From Mobula hypostoma (taxonomy: Eukaryota): a stretch of DNA of 64,000 nt. Shown in pieces: positions 24,058 through 36,475 of the stretch (the stretch's first letter is position 1; each line of letters begins with the position of its first letter). The position numbers were made by a program, and so were the translations under genes. The stretch is taken from contig NC_086097.1 in NCBI RefSeq assembly GCF_963921235.1, forward strand, positions 133,550,001 through 133,614,000, in the 5' to 3' direction. Under the pieces are notes generated by a model. It saw only the letters and a program-made list of their open reading frames with translations. It ran no database searches and was not told the origin of the DNA.

Positions 24058-24250
24058 CCACAAGAGTCTGCAGATACCGGAACCTGGAGCAACACACCAG
24101 AAACCAGAGGAATTCACTGGATCAGGCAGTTTCTGAAAAGGGAAATGGACAGTGGACTTCCAGATGAAGGGTGTCAACCCAAAATATTGACTGTCCATTT
24201 CCCTCTCAGATGCTGCTGGACATCCTCAGTTCCTCTAGCTTCTTGTTTAT
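24058..24250. mobile_element. Penelope-derived foldback mini-element with hammerhead-like core between arms
   Basis: Arms GGGAAATGGACAGT / ACTGTCCATTTCCC plus outer GAGGAA / TTCCTC; centre CAGATGA-AGGGTGTCAACCC-AAAA. Confidence 0.75.
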
Positions 24251-24458
24251 TGATCTTCAGCTCTCCATGAAGCCACTCGTCACCTGTGTTCTGCACCCTG
24301 GAGTATAGCCTACTCCTGAGATTCGTGCTGGGTCCCGCTCAAAGCACCTCAGCCTGGCTCATGGCAGCAGGGAACCTCACCCTGCCCAGATAGAAAGGTG
24401 TGGCAACCCCTAAAGCCCCAGCTCCCAACGCCACCGACTACAAAAATTGTCACTGAAG

Positions 24459-25110
24459 TTATGATTATGATTATGAGGACACGCAGTCCTCTTTTATTGT
24501 CATTTAGTAATGCATGCATTAAGAAATGATACAATGTCTTTCCAGAATGATATTACAGAAACACATGACAAACCGACTTAAAAACTAACAAAAACCACGT
24601 AATTATAACATATAGCTACAACAGTGCAAAGCAATACTGTAATTTGTTAAGAACAGACCATGGCACAGTAAAAGTCACAGAGTCTCTCGAAAGTCCCATC
24701 ATCTCACGCAGACGGTAAACCTCCAGCGCCGCCAACTTGCCGATGCAGCATCCTGGAAGCATCCAACCACAGTCCGACTCCGAGTCCGTCTGAAAAACTC
24801 CAAGCCTCTGACCCACCTCTTTGACACCGAGCACCAAGCACCATCTCTGCCGAGCGCTTCGACCCCGGCCCCGGCAACAGGTGATACGCAAAGCCGAGGA
24901 TTTGGGGCCTTTGTCTCCGGAGATTCTCGATTGCACGGTAGCAGTGGCAGTGAAGCAGGCATTTCAGAAGTTACTCCAGGTGCTCCTCCGTGCTTCTCAT
25001 GGCTGTCTCCATCAAATCTGGATTGTGCATGGCCCCCTAGTTACACATACGATATTCATTCGGAATGGTCACGCACGCTGCGTCGCGTCGCCATCTTCTC
25101 CTCCCTCCTA
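24459..25110 (-). mobile_element. Non-coding non-autonomous retro-like element with AAGATGGCG head and (TCATAA)3 tail
   Basis: Minus strand begins TAGGAGGGAGGAGAAGATGGCGACGCG; CpG-rich body; ends TGACAATAAAAGAGGACTGCGTGTCC(TCATAA)3. Confidence 0.75.
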
Positions 25111-25604
25111 TCCCACAATTCACTGTAAAATGTGGAACTTTTGAAGTTCACAGACATTCATAAGCTCCCAGGAAAGATTGAAAAGCAAAACTATTGTTAA
25201 TTAATTATCTTTTTTAAAAAATCCGTAAAAGGAGTTTAAAACTAATTAAACATATTGAAACTAAGAAAATTAAATTGAATCAAATAAAAAGTGGTGGTTT
25301 CAGGGTGAGCTGAAAATCATTCAGACCTGCTGGATGCAGCTACTGTACACCACATAGTGAGGAAGTGAAAATATTTCCTTTTCTATAGTTGTAAAAGAAA
25401 ATGAGTGCTACTTACAGTACGTACATTGAAAATCAGAAGATGAAGATGCTTAAAATCAGAAATAAAAAACAAAAACATTGGAAAGTACATTGGAATAGGG
25501 CCCAAAGTAATTACATCACTTGGAAACCTTGGTTTCCACCCATCGCAGAGGAACCTTCTACTTCTTTCCTCAACTTACCATTACTCTGACAGCTGTTTCT
25601 TTCC

Positions 25605-25960
25605 TTTTGAATTATGAGAGGCTTAGATAGAGTACACAGTCGGTATCTTTTTCCCAGATTTGAAATACCTAATACTAGAGGGCAAGCATTTAAGTTGAGA
25701 AAGGGAAAATTCAAAGGAGAAGTACGGGACAAGTATTTTTTTTTACAGCGAGTTGTGGGTACCTGAAATGTACCATTGGGGTGATGGTGGAGGCAGGTAC
25801 AATAGAGGACTTAAAGAAGCTCTTAGATAGGCACGTAATTACTCAGAGAATGGAAGGAGAAAAACCAAGTGCAGAGAAAGATTAGTGTAATTAGTATCTT
25901 AAATAGTTTGGCCCAACATTGTGGGCCAATGGGCCTGTTCCTGTGGTGTTCTGACCTCTT
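25605..25960 (+). mobile_element. CR1 3' end remnant
   Basis: IMRGLDRV...TRGQAFKL...FFLQRVVG; GGGCCAATGGGCCTGTTCCTGTG tail. Confidence 0.75.
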
Positions 25961-26439
25961 GTTCATTTCAGTGAAGCTGTTGTACTTGCATCAGGTACTT
26001 GCACCAGGGGGTAGATTTAATAAGAAACAGACGCAGGAGCAAGCTATTTGGCCCCTCATGTTTTGCCTTTCAATAAGATCATGGCTGTTCTTTATATCTC
26101 AATGCTTCTTCTTCCTACTATTGTCAGCCTAGGAGCTGGGAAATCTGTGGACATTCATGCTGCTCATTTGGACTCTACGAGGAATCTAACTGCTCTGGCC
26201 TTCCTGAGGGAGAAACATGGCAACTTTTTCCCCACATAGGGAACAAGCTTCCAGAGGAGTTTGAGGCGGGTACAATAACAATATTTAAGAGTGATTTAGA
26301 CAGCTACATGGGTAAGAATTCTATAGAGGGATATGGATCAAATGTGGGTAAATGTGACTGGCTGAAATGGACATCTTTGTCACTATGGACAATTTGGTCT
26401 GAAGCATATGTTTCCATCATGTATAACTCTGTGGCTAAA

Positions 26440-27080
26440 TTCACAGCTTGTCTAGCAACTACTTTGCCCAAGACCACAAGAAATTGCAGGGTTATGAATA
26501 TAACTGTCCATCACACAAACAGCCTCTCTTCCATTGACTCTGCCTACATTTTCCACTGCTCTTGGGAAAGCAACCAATGTGATCAAAGGCCGTTCTCACC
26601 CTTGTCATTCTCTCCTCTCCTCGACTCCATCAGGCAAAAGTTACTGAAGAATGGACTCGGCGTGTAATGTTGGCTATTTGTTCATTTCCATCGATGCTGA
26701 GTTCCTCCAGCATTTTGTGTGTGTTCCTCTGGATTTCCAGCATTAGTAGACTTCCTTGTGTTTAAAAGGTATGAAAGCTTGAGAGCCTGCTCTACTAGGG
26801 TCAAGGACAGCTTCTATCCTGCTTTTATAAGGCTCCTGAATGGACCTCTTGTATGGTAAAGATGAACTCTTGATCTCTTAGTCTAACTTCTCATGGTCCT
26901 TGCACTAATTGTCTGCCTACACTGTAACTGTTACATCATAGTTTACATTCTGCTATTGATTTATCATTGCCCTACCTCAATATTCTTGTGTTTTGAAATA
27001 ATATATTATGTATCAATCGCATGTGATACAGTGTTTTTCATTGTACCTTCGTACATGTGACAATAATAAACCAATTACCA
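26440..27080 (+). mobile_element. Rex-type LINE 3' remnant containing a Penelope pLTR piece (~26650-26765)
   Basis: CAAGACCACAAGAAATTGCAG...AAGGACAGCTTCTATCC...TGACAATAATAAACCAATT; insert GATGCTGAGTTCCTCCAGCATTTTGTGTGTG. Confidence 0.6.
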
Positions 27081-27184
27081 ATAACCAGAAATGTTGGTAC
27101 CTCGGTAAGAGTTTCATCCTTTGATAAACCTCAACATTTCAGTGAAGTTATGGGTTTATTCCTTTCACTTTTATTTTACCGAAA

Positions 27185-27555
27185 TGCCAGGGTATGTTTG
27201 AGAATGTGCATTTTGCGGCAAGTCTTGCAGCCCATGCCAGAGACTGGAGGTTGAGAGTCCAGGGCCAAATTCTAGAGTGGCCTCTCCTGGGGTTGGAGGG
27301 CTGTGTGTGTGTGAGGGTTGGGATGGTGAGGAAGAGGCTTGTTCTTGTTCTTTTGCGGCTGCTGCTGCTGTTGTTGTATGGATCTGTGTAGTGTTGTTGA
27401 GCTGAGCATTGTGGGCATGCTATGTTAGTACCAGAATGTGTGGCAACACTTGCAGGCAGCCCCCACTGCACCCGTGGGTGGCTTTGTTGTTAACGTAAAT
27501 GATGCATTTCACTGTATGTTTTGATGTACGTATGATAAGTGAACCTGAATCTGAA
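27185..27555 (+). mobile_element. Truncated SINE-like element with Rex-type tail
   Basis: Tail GCATTGTGGGCATGCTATGTT...GGCAACACTTGC...GCATTTCACTGTATGTTTTGATGTAC shared with 28270-28510 and 47110-47260. Confidence 0.55.
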
Positions 27556-28269
27556 GTCGGCTGCGTGGTGTCATTTAAATCCTTTCTATTTGTAGATAGG
27601 GGTCCCCAAAGCTGGTATTTATTGCCCGTCCCGAGTTGCCTTGAACTGAATAGCTTGCTGGAACAACTCAGAGAGCAAAGCTTGTGATAGTAGGATTTTA
27701 ACTCGTATCTCCAGATCAATAGCTACCAATCCACACATTTAATCGTTAGGTTACAGGGCTCCAACTTGTCTCATGAGTGGCTCTGACTTTCAATAGTAAG
27801 TATATTCCCCAGCTTTTGCAGTGGTTACTGTTGAGGTGCTTAACCTACATTCCTCATTTATAGAGGCAGATGTTAATATTGATCTTATGATACTGACACT
27901 TGCTGTCATTAGAGTTGCAAGCCATTTTGAAGCTTCCTATTTTTACTTGCAAAGCTTGTTTAAATTAAAAAGAAGTTATATTAAAATAGGTCAGGAGAAG
28001 GTTATATTTCTCCAAAAACATAGCTAGCATTGATTCTTATTTTTGTTTTTAGGATGTTAATGTGATATGTCTTATGAAATATATTGGCACTCTGAATTTT
28101 ACACTTTCTAAATGCCATAATTGATTTCTGTAAAGAACAGGTAATACCGAATGCAGTTACAGCCAGTTCTGGTCTTGGGTTCCTCTCTCTCTCCATGTTC
28201 CTTCCAACTTCCCTGTACTTGTTGTTAAGAAATCCTTCGGTTTTCAATTCATATCCTTGAAGGTAGCAC

Positions 28270-28510
28270 AGACAGTGGCAGAGTGGCGGTGTCCATGAGG
28301 AGTTAGTACACTTTCCCCATGACCATGTCGGTTTCCACCTGATACTCTGGTTTCCTCATGACTTACATTGGGGTTAGAGTGTTGTGGGCATACAGTGTTG
28401 GCACTGGAAGCATGGCAACACTTGCCCCAGTACATTCCTCGCTGACTTGTTCTGACGCATTTCAACTACGTTTCAATGTTTTGATGTACATGTGACAAAT
28501 AAAGCTGATC
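28270..28510 (+). mobile_element. V-domain SINE with Rex-type tail
   Basis: GGAGTTAGTACACTTTCCCCATGACC...GGTTTCCTC, then tail ending GTGACAAATAAAGCTGATC. Confidence 0.65.
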
Positions 28511-28534
28511 ATTTATATAAAAAAAAAGAATCTC

Positions 28535-30322
28535 CACAAAATCATTCAGAGTCTTCCCCAGCTGGGTGAACCAAGAGATCCACAATCTGTTGAGGGCCAG
28601 ATCAGAGGCATTCAAGTCTGATGAGTGAAAAACTTACCAGAGGTTCAGGGAAGATCTCTGGAAAGCCATCTCACGGGTAAAGTGGCAACTCTCGACTAAA
28701 CTTGAATCAAAGGAAGATTCTCAACAGTTGTGCCAGGGCTCGAATATTATCACCTCTTATAAAGTTACATCAAGTGACATAGGAGAAAGTATGGTTTCAG
28801 TTCCCCGTAAGCTCGATGCCTTCTGTGCTCGCTTTGACTGTCAAAATATGGAGAAACCATCAGAAACTCCCACATCCTTCAGTCTCCGAAACCAGTATGT
28901 GAGCAGCTTTCAGGAGGGTGAAACCACGAAAAGCATCCAGCCCAGATGGGGTACCTGGCCAAGTATTAAAAACCAGTTCTGCTCAACTGGATGGAGTGCT
29001 CACTGAGACCTGTAACCTCTCACTTTGGCAGTCTGAGGTACCCACCTGCTTCCAGCAGGCTTCAGTTATACCGGTGCTCAAGAAGAAGGTGGTAACCTGC
29101 CTGAATCACCATCATCCATTTGCATTTACATCCACAGTGATGAAGTATTTTGAGAGGTGGGTGATGAAACACATCAACTCCTGCCTGAGACGTGACTTGG
29201 ATCTGCTCCAGTTCGCCTACCAGAGCAACAGGTTCACAGCAGATGCCATGTCATCAGCTTTTCTCTCAATTCTGGAGACATCTGGACAGCAACGATGCAC
29301 TCATCAGGATATTCTTTATAGGCTACAGCTCAGCATTCCATACCACCATCGCCCTAAAAACTAATCAATAAGCTCCAAGATCTTGGCCTCAATACTTCCT
29401 TTTTCATCAGCCCAGGTACACCACTGGGCTGTGTGCTTAGCTCCCTACTCTACTCATGACTGCGTGGCTAAGCACAGCTCCAATGCCATATTCAAGTTTA
29501 CTGATGACACCTCTGTTGTAGGCCAAATCAAAGGTGGTGATGAATCAGCATATAGGAGGGAGATTGAAAATCTGGCTGAGTGGTGCCACAACAACGACCT
29601 CTTTACTCAAAGTCAGCAAGACTAAGAAGCTGATTATTGACTTCCGGAGAAGGAAACCAGAGGTCCATGAGCCAGTCCTCACCAGAGGATCAGAGGTGGA
29701 AACTTTAAATTCCTTGGTATCATTACTTTAGAGGACCTGTCCTGGGCCAGGCACATAAGTTTAATAGCGAGGAATGTATAGTGGTGCCTCTTCTTCTTAG
29801 GAGTTTGCTAAGATTTGGCATGACATCTAAAACTTTGACAATAGGGTAAAGCCCTCTCCACTATTGAGCACATCTACATGAAATGCTGTTGCAGAAAAGC
29901 AGCATCCATCATCAGGGACCCCCACCACCCAGGATTGCTTTCTTCTTGCTGCTCCCATCAGAAAGAAAGTACTAGAGCCTCAGAATTCACACCGCCAGGC
30001 TTAGGAACCATCAGGCTCTTGAACCAAGGGGGATAACTTCACTCAGTTTCACTTGCCCCATCATTGAAATGTTCCCATAACCAATGGACTCACTTTCAAG
30101 CACTCTTCATTTCACGTTCTCAATATTTATTGCTTATTTATTTATTATTATTTCTTTCTTTTTGCATTTGCACACTGGTAGAGTGCCCAAGTTGGTGTAG
30201 TCTTTTATCACCTCTATTATGGTTATTATTCTGTGGATGTATTGAGTGTGCCCATAAGGCAATCAATCTCAGGGTTGTATAAGGTGACATATGTGTACTT
30301 GATGATAAATTTATTTTGAACT
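28535..30322 (+). mobile_element. Decayed Rex1/Babar LINE (RT region and 3'UTR)
   Basis: PRKASSPDGVPG, VPTCF, LQFAYQ, FKFTDDTSVVG, NLAEWC, KTKKLIIDFRR; 3'UTR AATCTCAGGGTTGTAT...ATAAATTTATTTTGAAC. Confidence 0.92.
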
Positions 30323-30724
30323 TTAGTCCTTGTTTTCACATCTTCATCTGATCTCAGCTCCTCTATCCCTACAATGATGCAACATCTCTGTATTCCTAAA
30401 TTTAATTGCACTATAATTGCTGACTATGCCTTCAGCTCCTGTCCAGCTTGTTACGTCGGTTTTCTCCTATAAAATTTTCCTAAATACCTATCTCCTTAAT
30501 AAAGTTTTGGCTCATCTGGTTTAAAGCCTTTCTATGGGGTTGGTGTCGAATTGTAATAAAATTCTCAGAGGCTTTCAGAAACATTCAGGTTTACTGACAA
30601 CTTTGACTTGGCTCCTCATATAAACTCTACTGTAGAATGGAAAATCATTACCCCCCACGCCCACATCTTTGTATCTCTGCTCGTACTCAATGGAAATAAC
30701 TCAGACGCATGAGATTTATTGTCC

Positions 30725-30985
30725 ATGTCTGTCAGGGAAAGTAGTAGCATGCTTCTTCTTTGGCTGAGACATTAAACAAAGGTTTGTTCTGCTATACTAA
30801 GTTCCACAGCACTATATCAAAGCAGTAGAAGTTACCCAGGTTTCTGGTGATATTTATTCTCTTAATCAATATCAATCGAACAGGTCAGCTGATCACTGTT
30901 ATCTGTAAGAAACTGGTGTGCACAAAATCCCAAATTCGACTGGTGAATGCACTTTAGACGTACTTCATTGTGCAAATCCCAGTGG
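30725..30985 (+). mobile_element. Deu-domain SINE remnant
   Basis: CTTTGGCTGAGACATTAAACAAAGG...TATTTATTCTCTTAATCAATATC...TACTTCATTG. Confidence 0.55.
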
Positions 30986-31614
30986 AAATATAGGACTACT
31001 TTTTTTTCCTTTTTCTGTCTGGAGCACGAGACTGATATGAGTTAAAAGTAAGGTACATCAGTTAGCGGTCTGTACCGCAAGTGCATTCACTGGTATTTTC
31101 GATGGTAGCAATAGTGTTACTGCCTTGTGAAGAAATTGTTATGGCCAGTGAGGAATACTGCTAGGTTTCAGAAAATTGCAGCATTAATTTCATGCAACTC
31201 GTATCATTTCCTCTGAGCTTTCAACCTGATCTGAACAGATGGACAAAGCAAGCTTGTTCTGCAGGATTTATCAACTTTGATACAAATGACATCTCAACAG
31301 CTTTCTGACAAAGCATATATGATGATACAAATGGATGTGAATGAATCAGGACAGAAATAAATACACATATAATATTTATTTCAGGCTTATTGCAGTACGG
31401 TGAAGACAACTGATTGATTCATCATTAATTATACTGTGCGACTATTGGCTGCAGGCTATAATCACCAACATATGTTCAGCCAATGATCTTGTTCAATGAT
31501 GGAAGATGCCTGAGGGGTCAAATGTCCTACTGCTGCTTCTAGTTTTATGTGATTAAATCGATATTACAAAATCAAACCGCACATCAATCCGATTTTATCC
31601 TCTCCATATTCTGA

Positions 31615-31795
31615 TCAATCTCCCCTAGGTTCTCCCAGTTACTTACCCATGAGTAAAACTTACAGCGGCAATTAACCTACCAGTCCACATAGGTGAGGAG
31701 GCCAAATCACATAGTTGAAGCCTACCCAGTTGCATGGAGAAGGTGAAAACTGCACACAGAGAGCACTTGAGTGAGGTTAGGATCTAGCAGTGCAG
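31615..31795 (-). mobile_element. V-SINE remnant
   Basis: TTACAGCGGCAATTAACCTACC...GGAGAAGGTGAAAACTGCACACAGA is the antisense V-domain. Confidence 0.55.
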
Positions 31796-32297
31796 ACTCA
31801 TAACAAAGGGATGGGGTTTCTTGATTGGGAAGGGGTTTAAGGATTATGAAGAGAAGTGGGGATAATGGGATTTAAAAATTTAGCGAAGATTGAATGGTGG
31901 AGCAAACTCGATGAGCTGAAAGACCTAATCCTGCTCCAATATCTTGTGGTCTTATGGAACCTGTGTTGCTGGATCTTGAGAGCTTTTTCCTTCAGTGAAA
32001 GCATCTGCTCCTTGCCCACCCTGTCACACATCTTTATAATCTTATGGACAAGAGTCAGATCACTCCTCATTTTCTATTATTGAATGAAATAAGCTGCTCC
32101 CAGTCCAGCCCTGCCTGAGAAAGGCATCCTCTCAATTCTGGAATAAAGAGAAAAATATCCACTGGAATGTTTTCATTATAAAGTAGAATTGGATAAGTCA
32201 TAAAATTTCTATAATTTACAAAAATAAGCAATGCAAAAACAAAAGGAATAAGGAGGTGGTCTTCAAAGGTTTGTGGATCATTCAGAAACTTGATGGA

Positions 32298-32671
32298 GAA
32301 AATTAGAAGTTGAACCTTTGAACCTATGTTTGATTTTGAGAAAAGATGGGGTTCATTTGCTCATTACTATCATTTGAGTTAATTGATAGATTTCCTCCAT
32401 GATCTAATTGTAAATTTTTGATACATTCTTTTTTCTTGCTGGTGGTTTGATGTTTATCTTTAGAAGCTTTTTGCATGACGCATGGCTCCAGGGTTGAACA
32501 CCTAATGGGGTTTCTTTTTTCTCACCCACTTTTTCTTGCTTAGTAGGGGTTTTTTTATCACCAAAATTTTTTCAATCTTTAAAATAATGTTTTTTTTCTT
32601 GAGTCATTGTAAGTGTTGCTTACTTTGATGTACTTGTGTTAATTTTGGATAATATAATAAAAAAATGTGAA
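32298..32671 (+). mobile_element. 5'-truncated L1-type LINE 3' end with perfect 14-bp TSD
   Basis: TSD AGAAACTTGATGGA at 32284-32297 and 32672-32685; EKIRS...FDFEKRWGSFAHYYHLS* resembles a fish L1 ORF2 C-terminus; T-rich UTR with AATAAA. Confidence 0.8.
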
Positions 32672-32950
32672 AGAAACTTGATGGAAGTCAGTAAGAAGCT
32701 GTCTGTGTGTGGGTCTTTAGGCTGCTGTACCTCTTTGATGTTAGTGATGAGAAGAGGGAATATCTTGAATGATGAGAATCCTTTAAGATGGATGTCACCT
32801 TCTTGAGTTGCTGCCTCATGAAGATATCCTCGATGGTGGTGAGGTCTGGCCCTGTGATGGATCTGGCTGGGGTCTATAACCCTATGCAGTCTCCTGTAGT
32901 CAAATGCTTTGGATCCTCTTTACCAGGCTGTGATGTAACCAGTCAGAATA

Positions 32951-33249
32951 GGCATCCATTAGTCTCGTGACACCAAGGATTTACACCTTGGAAGGTTTCC
33001 AGGGCACAGGCCTGGGCAAAGTTGTATGGAAGACTGGCAGTTGCCCCTGCTGCAAGTTTCCTCTCTCCACGCCACCGATGTTGTCCAAGGGAAGAGCACT
33101 AGGGCCGATACAGCTTGGCACCGGTGTCGTCATAGAGCAATGTGTGGTTAAGTGCCTTGCTCAAGGACACAACATGCTGCCTCAGCTGAGGCTCAAACTA
33201 GCGACCTTCAGATCACTAGACCGATGCCTTAACCACTTGGCCACGCGCC
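32951..33249 (-). mobile_element. tRNA-derived SINE with CORE-like domain and RTE-like tail (copy 2)
   Basis: Head GGCGCGTGGCCAAGTGGTTAAGGC...GTTTGAGCC; TSD AACCAGTCA(G/A)AATA at 32937-32950 and 33250-33263. Confidence 0.9.
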
Positions 33250-34157
33250 AACCAGTCAAAATATTCTCTTCCATATATCTATCATTGTCAAATGCTCAGA
33301 AGCTGCAGAGACTGTTGTAACACCTTGACTGAGCAAACACACTTGTGCAATTAGTGGCATAGGATTGTAAATACATCAGTAAGTTCATTAAAAGCACTTC
33401 CATACATGAGTCAGGACTTCCAGAGATCTCAGCTATGGTATTGTTCATTGTAATCTGATAGGTTTATTTTGTTACCTTCATATTTTACCTGGATTCTGCC
33501 CCTTCAATTTAACTATTGAATATATATATATAAAACATACACTTGCTGTAATTCACAATTTTTTTCTTTTCTATAATATTATGTATTGCATTGTGCTGCT
33601 GCTGCAAAGTTAACAAATTTCCCAACATATACTGGTGATATTAAATCTGATTCTGATGAGACTTGAGGGAAACTTTTGGCCTTTCCCATTCGTGCTAAAT
33701 GTGTGAAAGAATATTGGCTGCTCTTGGCCCTTGCCTTCACAGTTTCAGTTCTAGTGAAATTAACAGAACCTATTACATTGATACAATAATGGCAGGGGAC
33801 CATTGTATAGACACTGAATATGCGGTTGTATTTAGAATACCACCTCCTAAAGTCCAAAGAATCACTTAGTAGTAAAAGCAATAAAGACATTTCGTGGAGG
33901 ACAACCTCAGAGTGAATCTGCAAGGATCACTGTAAGGTACAGTGATGGAGAAACCAATAGCCCGGAACTATGATAAATTTCCATTAAACCGCAACGCCCC
34001 CACCTCCCAAGCTTCCTATGTACTTATTGTAAGCTGGTAATTTACTTCCTCTGATTGGAAGATCTTAATAATTTTATTTTAATCTCACAATAGATTTCTT
34101 GGTAGTTGGTTACTATTCTGAGATACAGTGAGGAAATTTATTTTGATCACCTCCTAT

Positions 34158-35576
34158 AACCGGGGAATTATAGACCGGTTAGCCTAACGTCGGTGGTGGG
34201 GAAACTGCTGGAGTCAGTTATCAAGGATGTGATAACAGCACATTTGGAAAGCGGTGAAATGATCGGACAAAGTCAGCATGGATTTGTGAAAGGAAAATCA
34301 TGTCTGAAGAATCTCATAGAATTTTTTGAGGATGTAACTAGTAGAGTGGATAGGGGAGAACCAGTGGATGTGGTATATTTGGATTTTCAAAAGGCTTTTG
34401 ACAAGGTCCCACACAGGAGATTAGTGTGCAAACTTAAAGCACACGGTATTGGGGGTAAGGTATTGGTGTGGGTGGAGAATTGGTTAGTAGACAGGAAGCA
34501 AAGAGTGGGAATAAACGGGACCTTTTCAGAATGGCAGGCGGTGACTAGTGGGGTACCGCAAGGCTCAGTGCTGGGACCCCAGTTGTTTACAATATATATT
34601 AATGACTTGGATGAGGGAATTAAATGCAGCATCTCCAAGTTTGCGGATGACACGAAGCTGGGTGGCAGTGTTAGCAGTGAGGAGGATGCTAAGAGGATGC
34701 AGGGTGACTTGGATAGGTTGGGTGAGTAGGCAAATTCATGGCAGATGCAATTTAATGTGGATAAATGTGAAGTTATCCATTTTGGTGGCAAAAATAGGAA
34801 AACAGATTATTATCTGAATGGTGGCCGATTAGGAAAAGGGGAGGTGCAACGAGACCTGGGTGTCATTATACACCAGTCATTGAAAGTGGGCATGCAGGTA
34901 CAGCAGGCGGTGAAAAAGGCGAATGGTATGCTGGCATTTATAGCGAGAGGATTCGAGTACAGGAGCAGGGAGGTACTACTGCAGTTGTACAAGGCCTTGG
35001 TGAGACCACACCTGGAGTATTGTGTGCAGTTTTGGTCCCCTAATCTGAGGAAAGACATCTTTGCCATAGAGGGAGTACAAAGAAGGTTCACCAGATTGAT
35101 TCCTGGGATGGCAGGACTTCCATATGAAGAAAGACTGGATGAACTGGGCTTGTACTCGTTGGAATTTAGAAGATTGAGGGGGGATCTGATTGAAACGTAT
35201 AAGATCCTAAAGGGATTAGACAGGCTAGATGCAGGAAGATTGTTCCCGATGTTGGGGAAGTCCAGAACGAGGGGTCACAGTTTGAGGATAGAGGGGAAGC
35301 CTTTTAGGACCGAGATTAGGAAAAACTTCTTCACACAGAGAGTGGTGAATCTGTGGAATTCTCTGCCACAGGAAACTGTTGAGGCCAGTTCATTGGCTAT
35401 GTTTAAGAGGGAGTTAGATATGGCCCTTATGGCTACAGGGGTCAGGGGGTATGGAGGGAAGGCTGGGGCGGGGTTCTGAGTTGGATGATCAGCCATGATC
35501 ATAATAAATGGCGGTGCAGGCTCGAAGGGCCGAATGGCCTACTCCTGCACCTATTTTCTATGTTTCTATGTTTCTA
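34158..35576 (+). mobile_element. Young 5'-truncated CR1 LINE of a second subfamily (RT and 3'UTR)
   Basis: ORFs 34193-34729 and 34745-35479 share a frame, split by one TAG where Trp is expected; [34 protein letters not shown]; tail (TTTCTATG)n. Confidence 0.98.
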
Positions 35577-36109
35577 TATACTTTTTCAGATAAAATATCT
35601 TTTTTTAGTTGCTGTTTTCAAATGACTGACACAAGTGGTGGGTTCCTTTTCTCATTCCCTGTTCAATCTCCTGGGGTCAATTGAGTTTTTGATTAATTTC
35701 ACTAATGTTTAACTGTAAGTGATCCGGGGGGCGGGGGGCAACTTAATTTGGTACAATGGTCTCAGACCACAGGTCTGTTTAAAAAATGTGGAATAGGTTA
35801 GGTATTCCTGCTTCAAGCATCCCCTTCCTACACCATATTATGCTTCCTGAATATCACCAACTCTTTCTCATCTTTTTTAGATTGGTCTTTATAAACTGGA
35901 TTTTTGACCCAGCATTTAGTCTATTAATATTTTAAAATGCTCAGTGTCAAACATTGTTCATTATGAAGTGACAGGTGTATTATGTAAAAGATACTACATT
36001 AGCGTACGTCACTGATATTAAAACAAAAACACTCAACAGGATAAGAAGGATTACGATTTAAAGATAATGCACAGTTTCCCTCCCACCCCCACCCCCAGGG
36101 TTGGGTGAT

Positions 36110-36475
36110 CAAGTAGTAGAGGGCATGGGTTTAGGGTGACAAATGTGTGATTTAACTAACAGGAACCTGCGAGGCAACTTTTTCACTCAGAGGGTGGTCC
36201 ATATATGGAGTGAGCTGCCCGAGGATGGGATTGAGGCATTTAACACTTAAAAGGCTTTGAACAGATACATGGACAGGAAAGGTCCAGAGCAGGGGTTCCC
36301 ATTCTGGGGTCCACAGACCCCTTGCTTAATGGCATTGGTCCATGGCATAAAAAAGGTTGGAAACCACTGGTCTGGAGGCTTGCTGGCCTAACATGGGTAA
36401 ATGAGACTAGCTTAGATAGGAATAATGTTTGGCATGGGCCAGAGGGCCTGGTTCCATTCTGTATGACTCTATGAT
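36110..36475 (+). mobile_element. CR1 3' end remnant
   Basis: AGAGGGCATGGGTTTAGGGTGA...GGCAACTTTTTCACTCAGAGGGTGG...CTGTATGACTCTATGA. Confidence 0.75.
36290..36369. mobile_element. 80-bp hAT (Charlie-type) MITE
   Basis: Ends CAGGGGTTCCC / GGAAACCACTG; 8-bp flanks GTCCAGAG and GTCTGGAG; interrupts a CR1 tail. Confidence 0.8.

Larger units (their letters stand above)
32215..33320 (-). mobile_element. Rex-type LINE 3' remnant hosting an L1 and a SINE insertion
   Basis: TTCAGAAACTTGATGG...AAGAAGCTG...TACCAGGCTGTGATGTAACCAGTCA is the antisense of the Rex C-terminus. Confidence 0.6.

Noticed and set aside
33175..33250. tRNA-like sequence (also ~8805-8875 and ~52218-52285)
   Set aside because: SINE heads with A/B boxes; acceptor stems do not close and they run into SINE bodies
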